The notes beneath the pieces were generated by a model. That model was not told where the DNA came from and did no database searches. It worked only from the letters and a program-made list of their open reading frames with translations. 28,183 bases of DNA from Opitutaceae bacterium (GTDB lineage: Bacteria > Verrucomicrobiota > Verrucomicrobiia > Opitutales > Opitutaceae): NCBI GenBank assembly GCA_044344065.1, contig JBIJDP010000001.1, forward strand, positions 1 to 28,183, given 5' to 3'. Of the stretch, positions 11,398 through 19,614 are shown one piece after another. The translations under genes and the position numbers were made by a program. How positions within the stretch are numbered: the first letter of the stretch is position 1; every line of letters begins with the position of its first letter.

Positions 11398-11697
11398 TCA
11401 AATCTGCCCCTTCCGAATCGCAGCCTCCAGGGTTGAACCCTGTCTATTTGCCGCCAACCAAGCTCGCAGATCACCCAGTCTATAGCGTACCGATTGGTTG
11501 AATCCCTTCATGCCGGAAATGGCAGCCTGATGGTAGTCAGGACCTATTCTGGGGTCGGTTGCGGAACGCATTCGCTCCATGGAGCGGACAGATACCCTGA
11601 GAAACAGGGCAGCCTCTTTTGTTGTCAGCATCACTTCATCTGATAGCTTTGCAATCCGGTCGGCCGCTTCGAGATTTTCCCAATCGAGTGAGGTCAT
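11398..11697 (-). CDS. Small HTH DNA-binding protein (excisionase/AlpA-like)
   Basis: MLTTKEAALFLRVSVRSMERMR...GPDY...VRYRLGDLRAWL resembles MerR-like/HTH_17 directionality factors; lies ~190 bp from attL. Confidence 0.75.
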   Translation of the reverse strand: MTSLDWENLEAADRIAKLSDEVMLTTKEAALFLRVSVRSMERMRSATDPRIGPDYHQAAISGMKGFNQSVRYRLGDLRAWLAANRQGSTLEAAIRKGQI

Positions 11698-11969
11698 TTA
11701 GGTTGGCAGGTATTTGAATGCATTGCGGTCCATCGCGACCTGTCGAAACGGGATAGGAAAATGTGCCCATCCACGCTCGCCTCAAGGTCTTTCTTACCCG
11801 ACCAACCATACCCATTAACATGACATATGTGTATATGAACTTGTTACCCGTGCTTTTCCCGAGTCGTTTCTGGGGACTCGCCTAGTGAAAATCAAAGCGG
11901 ATCGCTCCGGCATAGACGAGCTATTGATTTATCTTGCTGATCGATTAACGTACGCCCATTGATCCGGAA

Positions 11970-12305
11970 GTGGCAGACGTGGAACAGGTCGACAACAAAT
12001 ACCTTCCAAGCGATTGGCGTAGCCTTGAGATGCATCGTCTGATTGCCACAAAGTTGGAAGCAGATCCGTCTCTGGTCGAACGAGCCCGCTCCAACATTTC
12101 CCGTTGGAAAAATCAGCGTGGGGTGAGACCTACCTACTCTGAATGGGAGGAGATTCTCTCGTCAGGAATGGAGCGTATTTTTCACGTCTTGACCTGCGAG
12201 GACCAAGCAAGCGCCCGACTACGTTCTTCCACTCCCTTTACGGGCATTCTGTCTGATACGGAACGTGTTCAGCTATTCAATCGTTGGGCAGAAAAACACG
12301 GGTGA
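11970..12305 (+). CDS. Hypothetical protein, possibly antitoxin-like
   Basis: 111 aa from GTG; HRLIATKLEADP.LVERARSNISRW...EWEEIL...ARLRSSTPFTGIL resembles, from memory, a small family usually adjacent to nucleotidyltransferase-like genes. Unverified. Confidence 0.55.
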   Translation: MADVEQVDNKYLPSDWRSLEMHRLIATKLEADPSLVERARSNISRWKNQRGVRPTYSEWEEILSSGMERIFHVLTCEDQASARLRSSTPFTGILSDTERVQLFNRWAEKHG

Positions 12306-12356
12306 TCCGCCTCCAGCTATCAACAACATGTGTGTAAACAGCTTGTGGTCCGTAAC

Positions 12357-12392
12357 AAAAAAATGGGGATCGATTTATTCGATCCCCATTTT
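12357..12392 (-). terminator. Strong intrinsic terminator
   Basis: Perfect 14-bp stem AAAATGGGGATCGA-TTTAT-TCGATCCCCATTTT between convergent ORFs, with an extra T run on the minus strand. Confidence 0.8.
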
Positions 12393-12517
12393 AATGCGTG
12401 CAGCTTGGCTATTCCGCATCTCAAAAAGTTCCGACCTAGTGAAAGCTAGCCGTGTTCAGTCGGACCGTCCTGGCACCAGTTCTGGACTATTCATTTTCAT
12501 TCTCATTGGTGCCGAGT

Positions 12518-12904
12518 TTATCGAACGCTTAATCCGAGTATGTTACTCACGTCCGTCATTAAACCGTAAGCGGTGGTTTCGTTAAGGCCGCCCGCAAGTG
12601 TCGTGGCTTTGCCCCCATGCTCTGCGTCAAGGCGATATGATATCTCCGCCAATTTCTGAATGCGCTTCTTCTCGAGATGCTGTCCAAGAGCGGCGCCGGC
12701 GTTCTGAAGACCGGCAGACACTCCGCCACCATATTGCTGAACGCCGCCGAACACTTCAGTCCCGTCAACATGGTTGCGCAAGATCAGACGATGCAGTTCC
12801 GAAGTCGGGACTGCCTTGCCATTGATGTCGATTGTGGCCGGTGAAACCTTGATCGTGACAGGAGCGCGATACTGATTGGCCTGCTTGCCCTTCCAGATAA
12901 ACAA
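12518..12904 (-). pseudogene. Hypothetical protein, probably an N-terminally truncated or frameshifted remnant
   Basis: 128-aa ORF starting at TTG two codons after an in-frame stop; a hydrophobic stretch (MLYILTVV, ATG 12923) lies just upstream in a shifted frame. Confidence 0.45.
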
Positions 12905-13085
12905 CTGTTAATATATACAGCATTCGTCCGAAAAACTACTGTGTGGCCTTTCGTACCTTTCACTTTTTTGCGGCCTTCGTGGCCGTGCGCCAATCCCATG
13001 GAGGGACGCATCGCTCTTGAACTAACGCCAACACCGACAGGGGCGATCCGGTAAAATCGGTCGACAAGACTCCCAGAGCACTCAC

Positions 13086-13490
13086 ATGAGCGACATCAAA
13101 ACCCACGCGTCAATAACAGCGGAAGCCCTAAGGGAAAGACACCGCTCGGGGCTGGTAACACTCTACTCGCTGCCAGCCACCCAAGAGCGCATCGTCCTCC
13201 GCATTGCCGCACCCAACGGTGGAGAGCCAATCGAGGGGGAGAAATACATCGCCGAGTTCATCAACGCCGATACCGGTTCGGTAATCGAGGTGTTAGAGGA
13301 GGACGAGACTCAGCTGCTCGACATGGACTCAATACGCAACGTCATGGACGATCTTGGGGAGACATATCTTCTGTCGATAGCCGGCGACTGGGAAAACTAT
13401 GTTCAACAAAGCGGCCGTTGCTCTCCCGAAGACGGCGGTCCAAGCGTCTATGAAAGAGCCGACATAGAGCAGCTTGTCATCCGAGGCTGA
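13086..13490 (+). CDS. Acidic hypothetical protein
   Basis: 134-aa ATG ORF with protein-like composition and no competing longer ORF; no family recognised. Confidence 0.6.
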   Translation: MSDIKTHASITAEALRERHRSGLVTLYSLPATQERIVLRIAAPNGGEPIEGEKYIAEFINADTGSVIEVLEEDETQLLDMDSIRNVMDDLGETYLLSIAGDWENYVQQSGRCSPEDGGPSVYERADIEQLVIRG

Positions 13491-13576
13491 CATGTGTCAC
13501 TTGTCAAGAAGGACTCGTAGGATGCGGATCGGGACAAAACCACAAAGCACTGACATGAAGATGATTACGTGCAGTT

Positions 13577-13605
13577 TTGCCGAGAGAGTGGCCAAAGGAT
13601 AAAAT
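13577..13605 (+). promoter_or_regulatory. Candidate sigma70 promoter for the methyltransferase
   Basis: TTGCCG-N17-TAAAAT ending ~100 nt upstream of ATG 13706. Confidence 0.45.
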
Positions 13606-13705
13606 CACAAAGACGACGGGAACTTCCCGCTCATTCCGGTAGCATCCGAGGGCGCGGCAGACGCCCTTGAGTTTTGGCGCCTGGCAAACAACAAGAAAAG
13701 ACCAC

Positions 13706-15286
13706 ATGGCGACGCCCAAACCGATTCCAGTTATTGACCTTTTCGCAGGCCCGGGAGGCCTTGGCGAGGGCTTCTCCTCGCTCTCGGCGCCGGACGGATC
13801 GCCCCGCTTCAAGCTGCGCGTGTCCATCGAGAAGGATCCGCACGCCCACCGCACCCTTTCCCTGCGCGCCCTCTTCCGACAGTTTCCAAGGGGAAAGGCA
13901 CCGGACTGCTACTATGACCGCATTCGGGGAGACATCTCACAAGAGGCGCTGTTCGCCCACCCGGACGCGCGGGAGGCCGGCGAGGAGGCCCTGAACGAGG
14001 CAAGGCACGCCGAGCTCGGCTCGAAGGCCCATGACGAGATTGACGCCCGGATCGCCGCCGCCCTTGGCGACGAGAGCGACTGGGTCCTGATCGGCGGGCC
14101 GCCTTGCCAAGCCTATTCCCTCGCGGGACGCTCGCGACGTACCAAGGAGGCTCAGGAGACGTTCGAGAGCGACGAAAAGCATTTCCTCTACAAGGAGTAT
14201 CTGCGGATCATTCGCCGGTTCAAGCCCGCCGTCTTCGTCATGGAAAACGTAAAGGGGATGCTCTCGTCCACCCACGGCGGATCGGGAATCTTCGAAAGAA
14301 TCATGGCGGACCTGTCTTCGCCGGGTGAAGACCTGAGCTACGGCATCCGGTCGCTTGTGGTGCCCGGCGAAACAGGGGGACTCAACCCCAAGGATTTCAT
14401 CATCGAGGCCGAGCGTTTCGGTATCCCCCAGTGCCGCCACCGCGTCATCCTGTTCGGCGTGCGCTCGGACGTCGCCGCCCGCACACCGGAGCTTTCCCTC
14501 CACCCGGAACGCTTCACCATCCCCTTCTCTCCAGTGCCCGTCTCGGTGGCAGAGGCCCTTTCCGGCCTTCCGCGGCTTCGAAGCTGCCTGTCGCGCAGAT
14601 CCAAAACAGAGGACTCACACGAGGCTTGGCTCGACATCCTTCGGGGCGCGCCAGCGGCAATGGGGGAGTGGTCCGGGGCGGCAAGCCAAGCCTTCTCGAC
14701 AAATCTGGCAAACGCCATCGCGGCGGCCGGGAGCAGCGTATCGCCCGGCGGCGCCTTCATCGCCCAAGACGCGGCGATGAATGGGCCAGTGGGGCGGCTT
14801 CACGACTGGTTTTTCGACCCGCGGCTGGGCGGCGTCATCCAGCACGACACCCGCAGCCACATGCACTCGGATCTGCACCGCTACCTGTTCGCGTCCTGCT
14901 ACGCGAAAACCTTCGGTGTGTCGCCCAAGGTCACGCAGTTTCCGCGGGGGCTCCTACCCGCCCACGAGAACGCGACCGACGACCACCCGCCCTTCTCGGA
15001 CCGTTTCCGCGTCCAACTGGCGAGCTCCCCATCCTCCACCGTCGTGGCCCACATCGCCAAGGACGGGCACTACTTCATCCATCCCGACCCGTCGCAATGC
15101 CGCAGCCTGACGGTGCGCGAGGCGGCCCGCCTGCAAACCTTCCCCGACAACTATTTCTTCGAGGGCAACCGGACGCAGCAATACACCCAGGTCGGCAACG
15201 CCGTCCCGCCCCTGCTCGCCCGAAAAATCGCCCTTGTGGTACTTGACTTCATGCGACTGTCGAGCCGCCAGACAGCTCCCCGCTGA
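13706..15286 (+). CDS. DNA (cytosine-5) methyltransferase
   Basis: Motifs I DLFAGPGG, IV GGPPCQ, VI ENVKG, VIII QCRHRVIL, IX RSLTVREAARLQTFP and X QVGNAVPP in canonical order, with a long variable region. Confidence 0.95.
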   Translation: MATPKPIPVIDLFAGPGGLGEGFSSLSAPDGSPRFKLRVSIEKDPHAHRTLSLRALFRQFPRGKAPDCYYDRIRGDISQEALFAHPDAREAGEEALNEARHAELGSKAHDEIDARIAAALGDESDWVLIGGPPCQAYSLAGRSRRTKEAQETFESDEKHFLYKEYLRIIRRFKPAVFVMENVKGMLSSTHGGSGIFERIMADLSSPGEDLSYGIRSLVVPGETGGLNPKDFIIEAERFGIPQCRHRVILFGVRSDVAARTPELSLHPERFTIPFSPVPVSVAEALSGLPRLRSCLSRRSKTEDSHEAWLDILRGAPAAMGEWSGAASQAFSTNLANAIAAAGSSVSPGGAFIAQDAAMNGPVGRLHDWFFDPRLGGVIQHDTRSHMHSDLHRYLFASCYAKTFGVSPKVTQFPRGLLPAHENATDDHPPFSDRFRVQLASSPSSTVVAHIAKDGHYFIHPDPSQCRSLTVREAARLQTFPDNYFFEGNRTQQYTQVGNAVPPLLARKIALVVLDFMRLSSRQTAPR

Positions 15287-15710
15287 CGGCCCCTCCGTCG
15301 ATCCATTCGGCGAGCGCCATGGGAAGCGCGGCCAATGTGCCTTTGCCCCTTGTCGCGCACTCCCAGACCACGAGGGCGCGCCACCCGGAGCCCGTCAGGG
15401 ACTCGATGGCCTTTCGGTCCCTCGCGACGTTTCCCTCCAGCTTGGCCTTCCAGAATTCCGGCCGGGTCGCCGGAAGCTTCGCGAAGCGACAGCCCGCGTG
15501 CATGTGCCAGAAGCAGCCGTGGACGAAAACCGCCACGCGCCTCCCCGGGAGGACGATGTCGGGTGCCCCTGGCAAATCCGCCCGGTGAAGCCGGAACCTG
15601 AACCCGGCCGAGAACAGGGCCTTCCTGACCAGCATTTCCGGGCGCGTGTCCTTGCCCCTGATGCCCGACATCATCCGACTGCGCGTCTTCAAGTCGACGA
15701 CGTCGGTCAA
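15249..15710 (-). CDS. vsr: Very short patch repair endonuclease
   Basis: DVVDLKTRSRMMSGIRGKDTRPE, LPGAPDIV, FVHGCFWH and GWRALVVWEC; TTG start overlaps the AIPR stop (TTGA). Confidence 0.95.
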   Translation of the reverse strand: MTDVVDLKTRSRMMSGIRGKDTRPEMLVRKALFSAGFRFRLHRADLPGAPDIVLPGRRVAVFVHGCFWHMHAGCRFAKLPATRPEFWKAKLEGNVARDRKAIESLTGSGWRALVVWECATRGKGTLAALPMALAEWIDGGAVSGELSGGSTVA

Positions 15711-17497
15711 GCGGCGCTCCGGCGGGCCTCCGGAACGTCGAACAGCGGCGCCGAGAACGGCCGGGCGAACATGGCCTCCTTGCACTCGGGGCGCTTCGCC
15801 CATTCGGAAATCATCTTCCCGTTGGAGGTCTGGTGGAGGCGTTCGGCGACCTCACGGGCCCAAACCTCGACCTGCTGGACGAACTGCGGGGAGAGGCCCT
15901 GCCTGCCCCACACGCGTTCCAAATCGAAGGCGCTCCCGTATGTGCGGGAAACCACGGCGACCGTGTAGGCCGCGACGTTGGCGAGAAATGCGGAAACCAG
16001 CGGACGGGCGGTTTTGTGCACGGCCTTGAATATCAACGCCTTGGCGACGAGGTCCTTGAAATAGGCGACGTCGGTGGCGATGGGGCGGCCCTCGGCCTCG
16101 GCGGAGGCCAGCCCCGACATGAACCGGTCGAAGCACTTTTGGGTGCCGAGGCCAACCACGTCGGGCTGGGCGTCCCAGGCCAGGACGTATTTCGCGAGTT
16201 CGGTCTTGGTGATTTTCCGGGCATTGGGGACAGACTCCTTCAAGGCGCGCAACTTGGCGGGCGTCGTGCCCTCGCGGGAGAGAAGCGTGTTGTAGCTGCC
16301 CGCGGCGCGTTCGTAGAACCAGCGGCCGGAGCCGTCAGGGCAATAGACGGAGAGGGACAGGCGCTCGATTTCAACGTGGAAAGGCTTGTTGGCCGAGAGG
16401 TCGGACTGGCGGACCGCGTTCTGGGAGTTCGCGAAGCGCGAGATGTCGGATACCAAGGCCTCCTCCTTGGCGGGGTCCTCCTCCTTCATGACGATGATTT
16501 TGGCCGGGACCCGGACCCTGCTCAGATCGGTCTCGCAGAACTTCTTCTTGGCGAAGAATATCGAGGCGGTGGTCTGCCCGCCGTTCACAATCTGCATGCC
16601 GCGAAGCCAGACTATTCCAGGCGAGCCGTCCGCGGCCCTGTCGAGGCGCATCTCGTCGGCGACGAGGACGATGCCGTTGTTGTAGGCCATGAAACGCTCG
16701 GGGGCGTTCCGAAGGGTGTTCTGGATGCCGGCGTTGACGCCCTTGGCCTTCACGCTCAGGAACGAGCGGACGTTCGCCTCCAGGAGCCTCGGGCCGAACT
16801 TTTCATATACGAAACGGAGGGCCTCGCCGGGGATGGCGGTGAGCGCGTAGTCGTAGTCGCCCGTGTCGCCGGGGACGAAGACGCACGGCAGCGGTGAGCC
16901 GGATACCTCGTTGAAGTCGACGACCAGTTCGTCCCTCGGCTTGCCCTCGGAACGGTGGCGGAACAGCCGCTCGATGTCCATGACCTCGAGCTTGACGCTC
17001 TTTCCGCCGATTTCCCTCGTCTTGAAGCTCTTGGACTTGGCCACCCTGTCGGTGAGGACGAACACCCGGATCTGCTCCAGGTCGTTGTAGATGCTCTGGA
17101 TGTTTAGGGCCAGGAGGTGCGCGTCGTGCGACTGGTCGATTTCCTCGGCCATCTTCCCCGAGGCGCAGAGCGTGAGAAAACGCAGGCACTGCTCCACGGC
17201 GGTCGTCGTCTCCGAGTCGGGAATCGGGACAAGCCCCTCCGCCCCGTCGTAGAGGCTCACGAACAGATCAAGCTGATCCGTCTCCTCCGAGACGGCGTAC
17301 CCGGTAATGCGCAACTTCGCGCGGCCCCGTCCGACCTCCGCCTGGTAGTGGCACACGACGGGGTCGAAGGTCATGCCAACGTCCGCGAGGTGCTGCATGA
17401 CGACCTCGGCGAACACGAGTTCGGCGAAGGGAGAACCGTCGCTCATCTGGGCCCTGACTTCGGTCTGGGTTTCGAGAAGAAAATCCAAAAGGGTCAT
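15707..17497 (-). CDS. mzaE: AIPR family protein (MzaE)
   Basis: LLEANVRSFL, RFMAYNNGIVLVAD, QIVNGGQTTASI and ISRFANSQN; ATG 17497 overlaps the upstream TGA (TGATG). Confidence 0.88.
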   Translation of the reverse strand: MTLLDFLLETQTEVRAQMSDGSPFAELVFAEVVMQHLADVGMTFDPVVCHYQAEVGRGRAKLRITGYAVSEETDQLDLFVSLYDGAEGLVPIPDSETTTAVEQCLRFLTLCASGKMAEEIDQSHDAHLLALNIQSIYNDLEQIRVFVLTDRVAKSKSFKTREIGGKSVKLEVMDIERLFRHRSEGKPRDELVVDFNEVSGSPLPCVFVPGDTGDYDYALTAIPGEALRFVYEKFGPRLLEANVRSFLSVKAKGVNAGIQNTLRNAPERFMAYNNGIVLVADEMRLDRAADGSPGIVWLRGMQIVNGGQTTASIFFAKKKFCETDLSRVRVPAKIIVMKEEDPAKEEALVSDISRFANSQNAVRQSDLSANKPFHVEIERLSLSVYCPDGSGRWFYERAAGSYNTLLSREGTTPAKLRALKESVPNARKITKTELAKYVLAWDAQPDVVGLGTQKCFDRFMSGLASAEAEGRPIATDVAYFKDLVAKALIFKAVHKTARPLVSAFLANVAAYTVAVVSRTYGSAFDLERVWGRQGLSPQFVQQVEVWAREVAERLHQTSNGKMISEWAKRPECKEAMFARPFSAPLFDVPEARRSAA

Positions 17498-18504
17498 CAA
17501 ACAACTCCAAGTTTTTGCAGGGCCGCGTGCAAATCCGTCCGGTGGGCGGCGGCGCGGCCAAGGTCAATCTCATAGAGGGCCTTCGAGACCCCCTCGGGAA
17601 CGTTGCCGCGGACGAGCCTCGGGAACCCGTCCGTCACGGCGTGGACGTGGGACTCCTTGTCGAGGAAGCGGCGCGTGTATTTGTCGGCGTGGGATTCGGC
17701 GTAGCCCGCGGCGAAGGTTCTTTCGCGGAACGCCGAGACCGCCCCGGGGTCCGCCCCGAGCCTTTTCTCGATCTCGGCCACGCGTTCCGGCAGGGTCGTG
17801 CCGGAGTCGACCACCGCAAAGCGAATCCCCGCGAGGAAAAGGGGCGAGAGAAAGGAGTCGTCCAACTGTTCGAGGGAACCGATTTTGGCGGGGAAGCCCG
17901 CCGTGGAGACGGTGGCCTTCACCTCGATGGCCCCGTCGCCCAGCGCGAAGTCCTGAGGGGCGTCGTCCGGCCCCACCCACGATTCGAGGGCGATCTCCGC
18001 GTCGACACCCGCATCGAGGAGCGCCGAAAGGAACGAGATTTCACCGGCGAGCCCCACCTCTGCCTCGGGGCCGAGCGGTCTCGCGCCCTTGCCCATGAAC
18101 GCCTGCCACATGCGGACCCTTCGGAGCATGGCTTTGAGAACCCTCTCCTCCCCCTCGGGAACGGCGGCGTCCATCGCCCCGGCCACGTCGCCGACCATCT
18201 CGGCGAAAAGGTCAGAGCTTCCGGATTCGCGCCGCGACAGGGCGAGCCAGGTCTTTCCGTCGCCGTCCGGGTCGGCCCTCACGATCTCGAAGCCCCTCCC
18301 CTCGGGAAGATGCTCGGAGGGTCCGAGCCGGGCGGACGGGAACCGCGCCAGAAGGGCCTCCTCGTTTCCGGGGAACCGTCTGGCGGCCACCAGCCGGCAG
18401 CTTCCGGCCGGCGTCACGGGAATCCCCCGCCAGCCCCCCTCGCCCGGATCCCTTCCGGACAGCGCGGCCCAAGCGGCCACGAACTCGTCAATCGGCCTTG
18501 CCAT
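17497..18504 (-). CDS. mzaD: DUF4420 PD-(D/E)XK motif protein (MzaD)
   Basis: EVGLAGEISFL, WVGPDDAPQDF...AIEVKAT and IGSLEQLD. Confidence 0.85.
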   Translation of the reverse strand: MARPIDEFVAAWAALSGRDPGEGGWRGIPVTPAGSCRLVAARRFPGNEEALLARFPSARLGPSEHLPEGRGFEIVRADPDGDGKTWLALSRRESGSSDLFAEMVGDVAGAMDAAVPEGEERVLKAMLRRVRMWQAFMGKGARPLGPEAEVGLAGEISFLSALLDAGVDAEIALESWVGPDDAPQDFALGDGAIEVKATVSTAGFPAKIGSLEQLDDSFLSPLFLAGIRFAVVDSGTTLPERVAEIEKRLGADPGAVSAFRERTFAAGYAESHADKYTRRFLDKESHVHAVTDGFPRLVRGNVPEGVSKALYEIDLGRAAAHRTDLHAALQKLGVV

Positions 18505-18561
18505 GCCAACCTCCCAAACGCACTTCGGACGGACCCGCCCAAACCATGCAAACGTCGCCGT

Positions 18562-19614
18562 TCATGAACCTTCCGTCCTTCCCAGACAGCGGGACATCTC
18601 GACGAGGCGAAGCCCGAGCCGTTCAGCCTCCCCGGGGGAAAGCATCATTTCACCATACCCGTGGTTGAAAACGACCTTTCCGTATTTCACCCAAAGAGTG
18701 ACACCGGAAACGGTTTCCTTGTCATCGACGAGATGCAGCAGGCCAAACACGCCGTCCAAGAGCCCGGAGACAAACCCCTCAGACTCCTCTTTGGTCATTT
18801 CCAAGGCCTCAAGAATCCGCGTTTCAGCCCATGCTTCCACAATCCTTCCCGAACCTGCACTGTCGCCCGGCAGGAGCAGGGAGAAGGAGAGTCCAAAACC
18901 GAACCGGCGGTTTCCGCGGCAAACAAGCAGCCACGGTTCCTCATGGTAGAAAAACCATTTGAAGTCATGGTCCCCAAAGCACCCTCGGCGCATCGCTTGG
19001 AAATCAGCCGCCGAATATTCGTTCGGCAACTCGATTCGGACCTGGCCTTCGGAAACGGAAGGCTGAGCCGCCAGTGCCTCGGAAAACGCGGAGGCGGACT
19101 GTTCGTCGGCAAGCACGAAACGGATTTTTTTGAGATTGGAATAGGCCGGGCTCAGGTCCCTGACCGCCTCCATGGCCAAACGGCCGGACAGTTTCGCGGC
19201 GAAGCCTTTGGAACCCGCCGACACGGCGGGAAGGGCGACCGATGCGAATCCGGACTCCTCGGCCAGTTCAAGGACGTTCAAGTAGGTATTCAGCAACCCG
19301 TCGGAAGCGTCCGGATCTCCGTGCCGCGGCCCCCTGCAGTGGATGAGGTTTGGGCTGCAAAGTCCGAGCACGGGAGTCAGGGCCGCCGAACATCTTTCCA
19401 GCGGCGGTAGTTTTCGGCAGGCCTCCGCCAACGCGGCCGCGTCAGCCTTTGCGCGAATCGCGGCTCCCACCTTCCCGTCGAGGGCCATCCGCTCATTCGT
19501 GGGGTGCACGATGGCGTCGAAGCCCTCCTGCCCGGTTATGTCCCCGATGGCCACCTCGACGACGGCGGTTCCGAAACGCCTCGTCGCAACGACCTTTGTC
19601 GCCACGCCGGACAT
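18562..19614 (-). CDS. Macrodomain (ADP-ribose-binding) protein with a C-terminal domain of unknown function
   Basis: VEVAIGDIT...DAIVHPTN, VGAAI, LIHCRGP, Y.N.L..A, SVALPAVSAGSKGF and IRFVL map onto the macro fold; ATG overlaps the Z1 stop (TGATG). Confidence 0.8.
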   Translation of the reverse strand: MSGVATKVVATRRFGTAVVEVAIGDITGQEGFDAIVHPTNERMALDGKVGAAIRAKADAAALAEACRKLPPLERCSAALTPVLGLCSPNLIHCRGPRHGDPDASDGLLNTYLNVLELAEESGFASVALPAVSAGSKGFAAKLSGRLAMEAVRDLSPAYSNLKKIRFVLADEQSASAFSEALAAQPSVSEGQVRIELPNEYSAADFQAMRRGCFGDHDFKWFFYHEEPWLLVCRGNRRFGFGLSFSLLLPGDSAGSGRIVEAWAETRILEALEMTKEESEGFVSGLLDGVFGLLHLVDDKETVSGVTLWVKYGKVVFNHGYGEMMLSPGEAERLGLRLVEMSRCLGRTEGS

